Below are positions 19,708-30,584 of a DNA stretch of 64,000 bases, one piece after another. The notes beneath the pieces were generated by a model. The model ran no database searches, was not told where the DNA came from, and saw only the letters and a list, made by a program, of their open reading frames with translations. A program made the translations under genes and the position numbers. The stretch comes from Alphaproteobacteria bacterium (GTDB lineage Bacteria > Pseudomonadota > Alphaproteobacteria > MPNO01 > UBA830): NCBI GenBank assembly GCA_965243135.1, contig OZ251539.1, forward strand, positions 4,672,001-4,736,000, written 5' to 3'. Position 1 is the first letter of the stretch, and every line of letters begins with the position of its first letter.

Positions 19708-20258
19708 TTTTTCTTGCGCGCCTGTTTCCGCCGGGGAAACTCCCGGAGCCGCTTCGTGTAGTAATGGCCCGTCACCAGCTTGCCGTCGACCAGCGCGTAA
19801 TCGGGATTCGTGCCCCAGCGCTGGAAACCGAGCTGTTCGTATAGATGGATGGCGGCGTGCTGCGTTTCCCGGATGTCGAGCTGCAGCATGAGATATCCCA
19901 GCTTGTTCGCCGCGTTTTCCACGGTACGGACGAGATCGGGCGAGATGCCGAGACCGCGGGCCCATGGCGCGACGAACAGCGCCGTGAGCGTGGCCGCGTG
20001 CGCCTGCGCTTCGTTGTTCCGCGCCGGTTCCTGCAGCTGCGCCGACGCGACGATGCGGCCGTCCAGCCGCCCGACGAAAAGATGGCGCTCCGGAACCAGA
20101 ACGACCCCGCGGAAATACCGGCCGAGAACGGCGCGCGGCGGCGGCGTCAACCAGCCGAAGCCGCCGCCGTCGTGAATCGCCGCCTCGGCGGCGTTGCACA
20201 GATCCTCGAGTTCCTCGTCCGAGATTTCTTCGAGCGGCTCGACGCTGGTTTTCGTCAC
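19704..20258 (-). CDS. GNAT-family N-acetyltransferase
   Basis: [21 protein letters not shown]; lies between hisH and hisA. Confidence 0.88.
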   Translation of the reverse strand: MTKTSVEPLEEISDEELEDLCNAAEAAIHDGGGFGWLTPPPRAVLGRYFRGVVLVPERHLFVGRLDGRIVASAQLQEPARNNEAQAHAATLTALFVAPWARGLGISPDLVRTVENAANKLGYLMLQLDIRETQHAAIHLYEQLGFQRWGTNPDYALVDGKLVTGHYYTKRLREFPRRKQARKKK

Positions 20259-20268
20259 TTCGACGCCC

Positions 20269-20919
20269 CTACGCGTTCCAGGCGAGGAAGTCGCCCAGCA
20301 GCCTGAGGCCGGTTCGCTGGCTCTTCTCCGGATGGAACTGGGTTCCGATCATGTTGTCGCGCCCCACGACCGCGGCGAAGCGGCCGCCGTGGTCGGCGGT
20401 GGCCAGCACGTCGTCCTCCCGTTCGCAACGCATCGCGTAGCTGTGCACGAAATACGCATGGTCGCCGTCGGCGAGGTTTCCGGCGACGCCGTGCCGCCGC
20501 CCGGCGTCCGAAGGGGCGACGACGTTCCAGCCCATGTGGGGAATCTTGAGCGCTTCGCCGTTCGGCGCCAGCGGGCCGACCTCGCCCGGGATCCACCCGA
20601 GTCCTTCGTGCGTTCCGTGCTCAATGCCGCGGCGCGCCATCAGCTGCATGCCGACGCATATGCCGAGAAACGCTTTCCCGGACTCGCGGACGTTGCGCTC
20701 CAGCGCGTCGATCATTCCCGGCAGCCTGCGCAGGCCGGCGGCGCAATCGCCGAAGGCCCCGACCCCCGGCAGGACGATCCGGTCGGCGCCGTCCAGCGCG
20801 GCGGCGCTGTCGGAGACGGCGATGCGGGCGTCGATTTCGCGCTCGCGCGCGGCGCGTTCCAGCGCCTTGGCGGCGGACCGGAGATTGCCCGAGCCGTAGT
20901 CGATCACCACCACTTCCAT
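20269..20919 (-). CDS. hisH: Imidazole glycerol phosphate synthase subunit HisH
   Basis: IDYGSGNL, LPGVGAF, GICVGMQ, PHMGWN, QFHPEKS. Confidence 0.97.
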   Translation of the reverse strand: MEVVVIDYGSGNLRSAAKALERAAREREIDARIAVSDSAAALDGADRIVLPGVGAFGDCAAGLRRLPGMIDALERNVRESGKAFLGICVGMQLMARRGIEHGTHEGLGWIPGEVGPLAPNGEALKIPHMGWNVVAPSDAGRRHGVAGNLADGDHAYFVHSYAMRCEREDDVLATADHGGRFAAVVGRDNMIGTQFHPEKSQRTGLRLLGDFLAWNA

Positions 20920-20930
20920 CGTCGCGCCCC

Positions 20931-21305
20931 TCAGCGGTCGGCCGGCGGATTCAGGTCGAAATACCGTTGCATCGCGCCGTCGCGGTCGGGCGCGACCGCC
21001 AGCCCCGCCATCCGCCATCCGCGCAGTTCGGCGGCCGCTCGGCGCCAGTCGTTGCCGCCGAACCCCGCGAGCAGGACGACGGCCGCGGCCGCGGCGGCGA
21101 GAACGACGCCGTCGGATCGCAGGAACCAGTCGGCGGCCAGCAGCGCGGCGAGCGTCGCGCACAGAGCGGCGAACGGCGCCCAAAGCCGGTGCCGCAGCGC
21201 CCACAAGGGACCGAAGGCGAAGGCCGGCCAGCAGAAGCCTTCCCGAATCACGAGGATCTCGGGATCCCCGGCCTCCCGCCTGAGGTGTATCGTGTAGACG
21301 TTCAT
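20931..21305 (-). CDS. DUF2628-family membrane protein
   Basis: [29 protein letters not shown]; usual position between hisB and hisH. Confidence 0.75.
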   Translation of the reverse strand: MNVYTIHLRREAGDPEILVIREGFCWPAFAFGPLWALRHRLWAPFAALCATLAALLAADWFLRSDGVVLAAAAAAVVLLAGFGGNDWRRAAAELRGWRMAGLAVAPDRDGAMQRYFDLNPPADR

Positions 21306-21895
21306 CCGCCGAGCGTCCCCTTGGTGGAAGGCACCGCTTCGCCCGCGCGGGCGTCCGTTTCGACGGCGGCCCTGAGCGCGCGCGCCAGCGCCTTGAAGCA
21401 GGATTCGACGATGTGATGGTTGTTGGCGCCGTAGACGTTCTCCACGTGCAGGGTCAGGCGGGCGTTTTGCGCGAAGGCCTGGAACCACTCCCGGAAGAGC
21501 TCGGTGTCCATCTCGCCGAGCTTGTGCCTCGTGAAATCGACCTTCCAGATCAGGTAGGGGCGGTCCGAAACGTCGATCGCGACGCGGCTGAGGGTTTCGT
21601 CCATCGGGATCGTCGCCGACGCGAAGCGGACGATGCCCTTGCGGTCGCCGAGCGCCTGGTGCACCGCCTGGCCGATCGCGATGCCGGTGTCTTCCGTGGT
21701 GTGGTGGAAGTCGATATGAAGATCGCCCGCCGCCCGGACCGCGAGGTCGATCAGGCTGTGCCGCGACAGTTGCTCCAGCATGTGGTCGAGAAAGCCGATC
21801 CCGGTGCTCACGTCGTATTCGCCGCTGCCGTCGAGGTTCAGGTTGACCTCGATCTCGGTTTCCCGGGTCTTTCTGACTACGGTGGCAAGGCGCAT
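21302..21895 (-). CDS. hisB: Imidazoleglycerol-phosphate dehydratase
   Basis: [41 protein letters not shown]. Confidence 0.97.
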   Translation of the reverse strand: MRLATVVRKTRETEIEVNLNLDGSGEYDVSTGIGFLDHMLEQLSRHSLIDLAVRAAGDLHIDFHHTTEDTGIAIGQAVHQALGDRKGIVRFASATIPMDETLSRVAIDVSDRPYLIWKVDFTRHKLGEMDTELFREWFQAFAQNARLTLHVENVYGANNHHIVESCFKALARALRAAVETDARAGEAVPSTKGTLGG

Positions 21896-22069
21896 TCCGC
21901 CGCTCCGTTCGGCTGGTTTCCGCGTTGCGGAACGGCGTTCCTTGTATCAGGATCGCGGACGGCAGTGAAGGCGGCCGGCGCCGCGTCTCCCCGCGGCACT
22001 TGACGACGCCCGGCGAACGGGCGATTTAGGAAGCGAACCAGTCTGGCCGGCGTTCCTTCTGCGCCGGGA

Positions 22070-22624
22070 ATGCGGAGCGAGATGACCAAGCCGGAAACTT
22101 GGCACGGGACCACCGTTCTTTCGGTGCGCAAGGGCGACAAGGTCGTGGTGGCCGGTGACGGACAGGTCACCTTCGGGAACACGGTGATGAAGTCGAACGC
22201 GCGGAAGGTGCGCCGTCTCGGCGGCGAGTCCGTCGTCGCCGGGTTCGCGGGCGCCACGGCCGACGCGTTCACGCTTTTCGAACGCCTCGAAGGGAAGCTG
22301 GAGCAGCACCCCGGCCAGTTGACCCGCGCCTGCGTCGAGCTCGCCAAGGACTGGCGGACCGACCGTTACCTGCGCCGCTTGGAAGCGATGATGGCGGTCG
22401 CCGACAGGGACGTGTCGCTGGTTCTGACGGGAACCGGCGACGTCCTCGAACCCGAGGACGGCCTGATCGGCATCGGTTCCGGGGGCGGCTACGCGCTGGC
22501 CGCCGCGCGCGCGCTCGTGGACCAGGACGGACTCGAGGCCGAGGAAATCGCGCGCCGGGCGATGACGATCGCCGCCGATATCTGTATCTACACCAACCGG
22601 AACATCTTGATCGAAAGCCTGTAG
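22070..22624 (+). CDS. hslV: ATP-dependent protease subunit HslV
   Basis: [36 protein letters not shown]; start may be ATG 22082. Confidence 0.97.
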   Translation: MRSEMTKPETWHGTTVLSVRKGDKVVVAGDGQVTFGNTVMKSNARKVRRLGGESVVAGFAGATADAFTLFERLEGKLEQHPGQLTRACVELAKDWRTDRYLRRLEAMMAVADRDVSLVLTGTGDVLEPEDGLIGIGSGGGYALAAARALVDQDGLEAEEIARRAMTIAADICIYTNRNILIESL

Positions 22625-22627
22625 CCC

Positions 22628-23941
22628 GTGACGAACTTTTCCCCCCGAGAAATCGTTTCCGAACTCGACCGCTTCATCGTCGGCCAGAACGACGCCAAGC
22701 GCGCGGTGGCGATCGCGCTGCGCAACCGCTGGCGCCGCCAGCAGCTCGACGAGGAGCTGCGCGAGGAGGTCCTGCCGAAGAACATCCTGATGATCGGCCC
22801 CACCGGCGTCGGCAAGACGGAAATCGCCCGCCGCCTCGCCCGCCTCGCCCAGGCGCCGTTCCTCAAGGTGGAGGCGACGAAGTTCACGGAGGTCGGCTAC
22901 GTCGGCCGGGACGTCGAATCGATCATTCGGGATCTCGTCGAGATCGCGATCCACATGGTCCGCGACCAGATGCGGAAGGAAGTCGCCACCAAGGCGGAAC
23001 TCGCCGCCGAGGAGCGGGTCCTGAACGCGCTGGTCGGCGACAACGCGAGCCGGGAAACCCGCCAGAAGTTCCGCGCCATGCTGCGCGACGGGAAACTGGA
23101 CGACAAGGAAATCGAAGTCGAGGTCCAGGACGCCGGGAGCGGGCCGCTGCCGACGTTCGACATTCCCGGCATGCCCGGCGCCCAGATGGGAATGATCAAT
23201 CTGAGCGAGATGCTGGGCAAGGCGTTCGGAGGCAACACCCGAACCCGTCGCCTGACGGTCGAGGAGAGTCACGAGGTGCTGGTGGCCGAGGAATCCGACA
23301 AGCTTCTCGACGACGACACGGTGGTCCGGTCGGCGATCGAGGCGGTGGAGCAGAACGGCATCGTCTTCATCGACGAAATCGACAAGATCTGCGCCCGGTC
23401 CGACGGGCGGGTGGGCGCCGACGTGAGCCGCGAAGGCGTGCAGCGCGACCTGCTACCGCTGATCGAGGGAACCACGGTGGCGACGAAGCACGGGACGGTG
23501 AAGACGGACCACGTTCTCTTCGTCGCCTCCGGCGCCTTCCATATCGCCAAACCGGCCGACCTGTTGCCCGAACTGCAGGGCCGGCTGCCGATCCGGGTCG
23601 AGCTGAAGGCGCTGACGGAGGAGGATTTCCGGCGCATCCTCACCGAGCCCGAGGCCAACCTGATCCGGCAGTACACGGCGTTGATGGGTACCGAGCAAGT
23701 CACGCTGGAGTTCTCGGACGGCGCGATCGACGCCCTCGCCTCGCTCGCGGCCGAGATCAATCGAACGGTCGAGAACATCGGCGCCCGCCGGCTGCAAACG
23801 GTCATGGAGCGCCTTCTGGAGGACATCTCGTTCACGGCGTCCGACCGCACCGGCGAGACCTTCTCCATCGACGAGGGCTACGTCCGCGAGAACGTCGCCG
23901 ACCTGGCCAAGGACGCGGATCTGTCGAAGTTCATCCTGTAG
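22628..23941 (+). CDS. hslU: ATP-dependent protease ATPase subunit HslU
   Basis: [46 protein letters not shown]. Confidence 0.98.
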   Translation: MTNFSPREIVSELDRFIVGQNDAKRAVAIALRNRWRRQQLDEELREEVLPKNILMIGPTGVGKTEIARRLARLAQAPFLKVEATKFTEVGYVGRDVESIIRDLVEIAIHMVRDQMRKEVATKAELAAEERVLNALVGDNASRETRQKFRAMLRDGKLDDKEIEVEVQDAGSGPLPTFDIPGMPGAQMGMINLSEMLGKAFGGNTRTRRLTVEESHEVLVAEESDKLLDDDTVVRSAIEAVEQNGIVFIDEIDKICARSDGRVGADVSREGVQRDLLPLIEGTTVATKHGTVKTDHVLFVASGAFHIAKPADLLPELQGRLPIRVELKALTEEDFRRILTEPEANLIRQYTALMGTEQVTLEFSDGAIDALASLAAEINRTVENIGARRLQTVMERLLEDISFTASDRTGETFSIDEGYVRENVADLAKDADLSKFIL

Positions 23942-24022
23942 GCCGTTCCCGAAAGGCGCTCTCCGCTTCCGGGCGGGCCCTCGCGCCGCGCCTCCGGAAA
24001 GAGCGTTTCCGCGAAAGCCCGG

Positions 24023-24520
24023 TTACGCTTTCATGCCGGGCCGCTCGAAGTTTTTGTCGAGATGCCCCTTGCCTTCCAGATCCCCCTGTTCGAACAGCCA
24101 GCTGTATCCGCCGGGAGGGTTGGTCAGGATTTCCCAGCAATTGTCGTCCATGTCCCAGAAGAAGAAACTGTACGTGCCGTGCTGGAGCTTGGGCTTCGAA
24201 ATCTTGCGCAGTCCCCATTCCGCGGCCCGTTCGACGACCGTTTCGTAGGCGGCGTCGACCTCTTCCTGCGTTTCGACGTCCAGCCCGTTGTGATTGAGGA
24301 GCGGCATTTCTCCATTTCGTTTCGGCTGCTCGACGACGGCGATCGTGTTCGCGCCGCCGAGGCGGACGAGAAGGGAAATCGGGCTGGTGCGGACGACCTC
24401 GAGGCCGAGAAACTCGGTGTAGAAATTGCGCGCTCTCTCCAGGTCCCGGGATTCGAGCGTTCCGTGAGACAGGAAATTGAGCTTGAGAGCGGGACTCGCG
24501 GCGGTTTGCGGCGCGTTCAT
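24023..24520 (-). CDS. VOC/glyoxalase-family protein
   Basis: LSHGTL..RDLERARNFYTEFLGL, NHNGL, FFFWDMDDNCWEI. Confidence 0.88.
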   Translation of the reverse strand: MNAPQTAASPALKLNFLSHGTLESRDLERARNFYTEFLGLEVVRTSPISLLVRLGGANTIAVVEQPKRNGEMPLLNHNGLDVETQEEVDAAYETVVERAAEWGLRKISKPKLQHGTYSFFFWDMDDNCWEILTNPPGGYSWLFEQGDLEGKGHLDKNFERPGMKA

Positions 24521-24833
24521 CGATTCCTCCTGATTCTCCGAACTCTTTCGGCGAATCTACAGGGAGAGCCGCCGCCTCTCAAGCGTCCGCCGAGAAATCG
24601 CGCGCCGGCGGTCGCTCGTTTTCGGGAACGCCCCGCCGCGAGGGCCGTCAGGGCGGGCGCTTGACGACGTTCGCCGTCGGTTCGCCGCGCGCCGCCGCAG
24701 TTGTCCACAGATTTTTCGGTTTCGAGCGAATTCGATGTGCCGCGCCGCCGTCATTTGTTGTAAACTAACGGAAGGAGTTCGTATTTCCTTGGCGATGCGC
24801 GTTCCGATCGTCGGGATTTGAACTTGGGGGGGA

Positions 24834-25567
24834 TGTCTACGATGAACGATTGGAAAGAGGACGTGCGGGAATTCGAGACCTTCGAGTTTCCGCCGGACCC
24901 TGCCGACGACTTCAGCGCCGCGCCCGCGACGCCCGAGGTCGCCGGAAATCTCGCCGAGCCGCCGCTGGAGAACTGGCGGAGGCCGGGCGCCAACCGCCGG
25001 GAATTTCTGCGCGGCGCGGTCTGTTCCGGCGTCGCCGTGTCGGCGGCCGCCTACATGTTCTCGGGCGGCGCCCGGGAAGCGCGCGCCGCGGTGCGGGGGG
25101 TCGAGCGGCTGATCTCGCTCAGCGTCAACGGCAAGACCCGGCGCGTCGACGTCGCGCCGAGCGAGACGCTGGCCCAGACCATCCGTTACAAGCTGGGGCT
25201 GATCGGCACCAAGATCGGCTGCAACCGCGCCGAGTGCGGCGCCTGCACCGTGCTGGCTGACGACGTCCCGATATACTCTTGCTCGACGCTGACCCATCAG
25301 GTCCGCGGCAAGAAGATAACGACCGTCGAAGGCGTCGCCGCGCCCGACGGGACGCTGCATCCCGTCCAGCAGGCGTTCATCGACGAGCTGGGGCCGCAGT
25401 GCGGCTTCTGCACGCCGGGCCAGGTGGTCGCGGCGGTCGGCCTGCTGAAGAAGAACCCCAAACCGACGATCGACGAGGCGCGTCGCGCCATGTCCGGCAA
25501 CTTGTGCCGGTGCGGCGCCTACGATCATTACCTCAAGGGCGTCATGCGCGCGGCAGGGAGGGCCTGA
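24834..25567 (+). CDS. (2Fe-2S) subunit of a xanthine-oxidase-family molybdoenzyme with Tat-like signal (PaoA-like)
   Basis: NRREFLRGA twin-arginine motif; GCNRAECGACT, QCGFCTPG and NLCRCG; exact start uncertain (24818-24842). Confidence 0.9.
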
Positions 25568-25571
25568 GACC

Positions 25572-27980
25572 ATGGCATACGCACTGTTAGGCAAGGACTT
25601 CACCCCGCCGGATCTCCACGCGAAGGTCACCGGCGCGGCCAGATACGCCGAGGACTTCCGCGCCGACGGCATGGTGTTCCTCAAGATTTTCTCGTCGCCC
25701 ATGCCGCACGCCAGGGTCAAGTCGATCGACGCGAGCAAGGCGATGGAGATGCCAGGCGTCGTCGGCGTCATGCTTCCGAGCGAAATCAAGCAGCCGAAGG
25801 ACGCGGGGCACGCCATTCTCACCGACTACCCGGTCTTCGTCGGGCAGCCGATCATGGCGCTCGCCGCGACGACGGAACAACAGGCCGAGGACGCGATCGA
25901 GGCGGTCAAGGTCGATCTCGAGCCCCTGCCGTTCTGCATCGATCCTCTCGACAGCCTGAAACCCGACGGCCCCAACGCCCATGTCGGCGGCAACGTCGCC
26001 AACCGGCGCGGCATCAAGCTGCAGACCGTCAAATGGACGGGCAAGGACTTCGCGCTGGCGGGCGACGACAAGTTGCCGATGGGCAAGGCCGTGACCGAAT
26101 GGGCCTACGGCGACCTCGAAGCCGGCTTCGCGAAGGCGAAGGCGATCGTCGAGGAATCCTTCGTCAGCGCCGCGAACGCGCACCACGCGATGGAGCCCCG
26201 GTCGGCCGCCGCCTACTGGGAAAACGGCAAGTGCCACGTGTGGGGATCGACCCAGTCGTCTTCGTTCGCGATACCCAGCCTCGCGAAATACATCGGCATC
26301 AAGCCGCCGCAACTCAACCTCGTGAGCGAGTTCTGCGGCGGCGGCTTCGGGGGCAAGGCCTATTCCTACCCGTTGATGGCGCTCCCGGCCCTGATGTCGA
26401 AGAAGCTGAACGGCCGCCCCGTCATGCTGCGGACCAGCCGTTCCGAGGAATTCTATAACGGCTCCGCGCGGGCCGGTTTCCAGGGTTGGGTCAAGATCGG
26501 CTTCGCGGCCGACGGGCGCGTGGTCGCGCTGGACAGCTACGTCGTGCAGGACAACGGCTCGACCGGCGGGTTCTGGGACTTCCAGAACTTCGGAATGGCC
26601 TCTTCGGTCATTCTGCAGCCGGAGGCCATGCGTTTCCGCGGCGTGCCGGTCCTGACCAATACGCCGCCCAAGGGCGCCCAGCGCGGTCCGGGAGAAAACC
26701 AGACCGCCAACATCATCGAACCGTTGCTCGACAAGGGCGCGCGCGAACTCGGCATCGACCGTCTGGCCGTGCGCCTGGCCAATGCGCCGGGCGGCGGCCA
26801 GGGCGGAAAGATCGGTCCGAAGCAGGGGCCGCTCACGAGCGCCTACCTTCGCGAAGGACTGGAACAGGCGGCGGCCAAGTTCGGTTACGCCGAGCGGGCC
26901 GCCAAGGCGGGCCGGCAGGCCGGGGGCAAGATCAGAGCCGTCGGCATCGGCCAAGCCTATCACGCCGCCGGCTACAACGGCTGGGACGGGATGGTTCGCA
27001 TCACGCCGGACGGCAAGCTTCACGTCCACACCGGCGTCGGCAATCTGGGAACCTTTTCCTACGCGGCGACGTCGCGCGTGGCGGCCGAGGTTCTCGGATA
27101 CGACTGGAACAACGTCGTCATCGAACGCGGCGGGTCGCTCAAGGCGATGCCCTTCAATATCGGCCAGTTCGGATCGAACACGAGCTTCACCATGACGCGG
27201 ACCAACTACGCCGCGGCGATGGACGCGAAGCAAAAGCTGCTCGAAATCGCCGCCGCGACGATGGGCGGCGAGGCCGCCGCCTACAAGCTTGAGAACGAGC
27301 GCGTGGTCGGCCCGAACGGCGGCATGTCGTTCGCCGACGCCGCGAAGAAGGCCATCGAGCTCGGCGGAAAATACGCCGGCCACGAGGTCGATCCCGACCT
27401 CAAGGGGCTGACCAAGCTCTCCGCCAAGATGATCGCGGGAACCGGCCTGATCGGCGTGGCGAAGGACAAGCTGCCCAAGAACGGCACGGTTCCGGCCCTC
27501 GCGGCGGCGTTCATCGAGATCGAACTGGATCCCGAAACGGGGAAGGTCGAGGTGCTGGACTATCTCGGCGTGGCGGACGTCGGCCAGGTGCTGCATCCCC
27601 AGGGGCTCGACGCCCAGGTCCGCGGCGGCGCCGTCATGGGCTTCGGCCTCGCAGCCACCGAGCGGTACGTCTACGACCCCGCCTACGGAAGCACCAGCGC
27701 GAGGGGGCTGTACCAGGCCAAGCCGCCGACCTATCTGGACGTGCCCGTGCAGCTGGCGTCGCTGGCGGTCGAGGGCGCGACGGATCCGCAGAATCCGGTG
27801 GGCGCCAAGGGCATCGGCGAACCCATCCAGGGGTCCGCTTCGTCGGCGTACCTGAGCGCCGTTTCGGACGCGCTGGGCGGACACCTGTTCAACCGCGTGC
27901 CGGTCGTCGCCGACATGATCATCAACGAGCTGGCCGGGCAGCCGCAGTCGCACAAGCCGCTGCAGACGAATTGCCAGTGA
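25572..27980 (+). CDS. Xanthine dehydrogenase-family molybdopterin-binding subunit
   Basis: KVTGAARYAED, HHAMEP, GGGFGGK, AQRGPG, GQFGS, GAKGIGE. Confidence 0.93.
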   Translation: MAYALLGKDFTPPDLHAKVTGAARYAEDFRADGMVFLKIFSSPMPHARVKSIDASKAMEMPGVVGVMLPSEIKQPKDAGHAILTDYPVFVGQPIMALAATTEQQAEDAIEAVKVDLEPLPFCIDPLDSLKPDGPNAHVGGNVANRRGIKLQTVKWTGKDFALAGDDKLPMGKAVTEWAYGDLEAGFAKAKAIVEESFVSAANAHHAMEPRSAAAYWENGKCHVWGSTQSSSFAIPSLAKYIGIKPPQLNLVSEFCGGGFGGKAYSYPLMALPALMSKKLNGRPVMLRTSRSEEFYNGSARAGFQGWVKIGFAADGRVVALDSYVVQDNGSTGGFWDFQNFGMASSVILQPEAMRFRGVPVLTNTPPKGAQRGPGENQTANIIEPLLDKGARELGIDRLAVRLANAPGGGQGGKIGPKQGPLTSAYLREGLEQAAAKFGYAERAAKAGRQAGGKIRAVGIGQAYHAAGYNGWDGMVRITPDGKLHVHTGVGNLGTFSYAATSRVAAEVLGYDWNNVVIERGGSLKAMPFNIGQFGSNTSFTMTRTNYAAAMDAKQKLLEIAAATMGGEAAAYKLENERVVGPNGGMSFADAAKKAIELGGKYAGHEVDPDLKGLTKLSAKMIAGTGLIGVAKDKLPKNGTVPALAAAFIEIELDPETGKVEVLDYLGVADVGQVLHPQGLDAQVRGGAVMGFGLAATERYVYDPAYGSTSARGLYQAKPPTYLDVPVQLASLAVEGATDPQNPVGAKGIGEPIQGSASSAYLSAVSDALGGHLFNRVPVVADMIINELAGQPQSHKPLQTNCQ

Positions 27981-28002
27981 TTGGCGGAGAGGAGACGGAC
28001 CG

Positions 28003-28992
28003 ATGACTGACTTCATGCACTCGTTCGACCTGTTCGCGCCCGCCAGCGTCGAGGAAGCGGCCCAGCTGCTCGACAGGCACGGCAAGGACGCCTGGATCGT
28101 CGCCGGCGGAAAGGACAGCTTCGACTGGTTCAAGGACCGGCACAAAAGGCCGCAAGCGGTCGTCGACATCTCGGGACTGGCGGAACTCCGCGGGATCCGG
28201 GATCGCGGCGACCACGTCTCGATCGGCGCGGCGACCACCCTGACGGAAATCGAGGAAAGCAAGGCGCTGCAGGACAAGTTCCCGCTTCTGACGGCCGCCG
28301 CGGCCAAGGTCGCGAGTCCGCAGATCCGGAACGCCGGAACGATCGGCGGCAACGTCGCGCAGGACACCCGTTGCGCCTATTACCGCGACGGATTTCCCTG
28401 CTACCGCGCCGGAGGCAACACCTGCTACGCCAACACGCCGACGGCGATGAACCGGGAGCACGCCCTTTACGAAGCCGTGCGCTGCGTCGCCGTCACGCCT
28501 TCCGACACGGCGCCCGCGCTCGTCGCCCTGGAAGCGGAGATGGTCGTCTCTCGCGACGGCAAGACGCGCGCGATTCCCGCCGAGAAGTTCTTCGTCGGAC
28601 CGGCCGTCGACATCACGCGCATGACGGCGCTGGAGACGGGAGACATTCTGACGGAAATCCGCATTCCGGCGAAATGGGCGGGCGCGAGGCACTATTTCGA
28701 GAAAGTGGCCGACCGGGAGACGTGGGATTTCGCGCTCGTCAGCATCGCCATGGCGGCGAAGACCGACGGAGGCAAGGTTTCCGACGTTCGCGTCGCCTGC
28801 GGCGGAGTCCAGTGCACGCCGCGGCGGCTTACCGACGTCGAAGACCTGATGAAAGGCGAGGCGGCGAACGCGGAGATGGAGACGCTGGCCAGACGGGTCG
28901 CCGCCCGCGGCGCCAAGGCGCTGAACTACAACCACTTCAAGATTCCCCTCATGGGCAATCTGGCCGCAAGGGCCGTCAGGTCGCTGGCCTGA
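28003..28992 (+). CDS. FAD-binding subunit with PaoB-like Cys-rich insert
   Basis: VAGGKD, ASPQIRNAGTIGGN, CAYYR..FPC....NTC...CVAVTPSD. Confidence 0.92.
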   Translation: MTDFMHSFDLFAPASVEEAAQLLDRHGKDAWIVAGGKDSFDWFKDRHKRPQAVVDISGLAELRGIRDRGDHVSIGAATTLTEIEESKALQDKFPLLTAAAAKVASPQIRNAGTIGGNVAQDTRCAYYRDGFPCYRAGGNTCYANTPTAMNREHALYEAVRCVAVTPSDTAPALVALEAEMVVSRDGKTRAIPAEKFFVGPAVDITRMTALETGDILTEIRIPAKWAGARHYFEKVADRETWDFALVSIAMAAKTDGGKVSDVRVACGGVQCTPRRLTDVEDLMKGEAANAEMETLARRVAARGAKALNYNHFKIPLMGNLAARAVRSLA

Positions 28993-29132
28993 TGGAGTTC
29001 TTCCGCGTGTCCAGGAACGTCTGGGGGCAGGAGATGCTGGTGGGCATGTCGTGGGACCTGCTGTGGCTGCCGGTCGCCGCCGCGGGCGCGGCGATCGCGG
29101 CGCACCAGCTCTTTCGGCGCCTGCGGTCCTGA
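28992..29132 (+). CDS. Small 46-aa membrane peptide, probably the detached N-terminus of the following cytochrome b
   Basis: TGATG-coupled start; MEFFRVSRNVWGQEMLVGMSWDLLWLPVAAAGAAIAAHQLF with one hydrophobic stretch. Confidence 0.55.
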   Translation: MEFFRVSRNVWGQEMLVGMSWDLLWLPVAAAGAAIAAHQLFRRLRS

Positions 29133-29142
29133 CGGAAGAAAG

Positions 29143-29697
29143 GTGGCGTCGGAAGAGGTCCGGCATCAATGGCCGGATCGCCTGTTTCACTGGCTGATGG
29201 CCGCGGTCGTGCTCGTTCTGCTGGGCACGGCGTTTCTCCCCATTCTGGGAGTCGCGTTCAACTGGGTGCCGATTCACTGGATGGCGGGGGTTCTCCTCAT
29301 CCTCGCCGTCCTTTTTCATCTGTATCGCGCGCTTTTCGTCCACGGCGTCTCCGCCATGGCGCCCGCGCGCGGCGACCTGCGGGCGGCGCTGGGCCGGGAA
29401 GCCTCGGACGCGAAATACGACCTCGGCCAGAAACTCTATCACTGGTCTGTCGCCTTCGTCGTGATCGTCCTGGCGGCGACGGGCGCGGTCATGCTGGCCA
29501 AGATCGATACGCCGTTCTGGAGCCGGGATCCGTCGATCCTTTCCGACCAGGCCTGGGGGCTGGTCTACAGCCTGCACGGCGCGACCTCGATGCTGCTGAT
29601 TTTCTTTTTCATCCTCCACGTTTACTTCGCTTTTCTGCCGGAGCATCGCCGGTTGCTGATCGCCATGGCGTTCGGCGGTAGCGGGCGCGAGCCGTGA
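29143..29697 (+). CDS. Cytochrome b/b6 (formate dehydrogenase gamma-like) membrane protein
   Basis: RLFHW, IHWMAG, FHLY, KYDLGQKLYH, LHG and ILHVY heme-His pattern. Confidence 0.88.
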   Translation: MASEEVRHQWPDRLFHWLMAAVVLVLLGTAFLPILGVAFNWVPIHWMAGVLLILAVLFHLYRALFVHGVSAMAPARGDLRAALGREASDAKYDLGQKLYHWSVAFVVIVLAATGAVMLAKIDTPFWSRDPSILSDQAWGLVYSLHGATSMLLIFFFILHVYFAFLPEHRRLLIAMAFGGSGREP

Positions 29698-30050
29698 ACG
29701 AGGAAATCAGAAGGCGGATCGAGGAGATCGAGGAAGCCTACGAATTCATGCTCGCGTACGCGGCGCAGGGACGCGCCGAGGAAGGCGCGGACGGCACCCA
29801 GATCAGGAACTTTCTGACGCGGTTCGGAAAGGCCGTGGACGCGATTCCGGACATGCTGGAAACGACGGCCGCCGCGGCGGGCTTCCTCGCCCGTTTCCGG
29901 GAGGACTCGAAGACGATGGCGTCGGTCATCGAAATCATGCTCGCGCGCGGCAACATATCGTCCGAGGTCGTCGACAACGCGAACGGGCTGATCGCCGTCC
30001 GGTCCTACCTGACCTCGCTGTTCTTCCTCGACAAGGCCGTTCTTCCCTGA
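29694..30050 (+). CDS. Conserved hypothetical helical protein
   Basis: GTGA-coupled to cytochrome b; IEEAYEFMLAYAAQG; normal codon usage. Confidence 0.7.
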   Translation: MNEEIRRRIEEIEEAYEFMLAYAAQGRAEEGADGTQIRNFLTRFGKAVDAIPDMLETTAAAAGFLARFREDSKTMASVIEIMLARGNISSEVVDNANGLIAVRSYLTSLFFLDKAVLP

Positions 30051-30053
30051 CGC

Positions 30054-30584
30054 TCAGGCGGGGCGGCGGCGCTTCAGCAGCACGTAGAACGCGCCTTCGC
30101 CGCCGTCCGTCTGCCGGGCCTGCGCGAAACAAGCGACGCGCGGCCGAACGTCGGGCGCGTTGAGCCAGAGGGACAGGTCCCGGCGGATGGGGCCTTCGCC
30201 GCGGGCGCCCTTGCCGGTGATGATCAGGACGCAGCGGCGGCGGTCCGACTGCGCCGCGGCGACGAACCTCGAAACCGCCCGGCGCGCTTCCTCCAGGGTC
30301 TTCCCGTGGAGGTCGAGGCGGGCTTCGGGGCGAAACAGGCCTCTGCGCAGCCGGGTCATCGTGCGCCCGTCGACGCCGTTCGCCGCTCCCGGTTTCAGCG
30401 TGACGGGCGCCGCGGGCGGGGTCGTCGCGGACCGCCGGGGCGGGGGCTTTTCCGGTTCGGGCGGCGGTTCGGGGTTCCGGCGTTCCGAGCGGCCGCGCAG
30501 CGGAACGACGTCGGACATGGCTTCGTCGAACAGCTTCGATTCGCCGGAATCCGCGCGCCGCCCGCCCTCACGAAAGCGCGTCAT
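30054..30584 (-). CDS. Smr/MutS-domain protein
   Basis: ARLDLHG, VLIITGKG, DGGEGAFYVLL. Confidence 0.93.
   Translation of the reverse strand: MTRFREGGRRADSGESKLFDEAMSDVVPLRGRSERRNPEPPPEPEKPPPRRSATTPPAAPVTLKPGAANGVDGRTMTRLRRGLFRPEARLDLHGKTLEEARRAVSRFVAAAQSDRRRCVLIITGKGARGEGPIRRDLSLWLNAPDVRPRVACFAQARQTDGGEGAFYVLLKRRRPA

Noticed and set aside
23942-24660. Short motifs (CGTTCCCGAAA, GGCCCTCGCG) inverted on either side of the VOC gene, suggesting a mobile cassette or REP family
   Set aside because: The matches are only 10-11 bp, occur in different order on the two sides and have no target duplication; not distinguishable from chance in high-GC DNA
25587-28367. Very long alternative-frame ORFs (e.g. 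926 aa here, 883 aa at 60574-63225, 720 aa at 53410-55572, 585 aa at 58559-60316)
   Set aside because: They are antisense shadows of well-supported high-GC genes and contain no recognisable motifs
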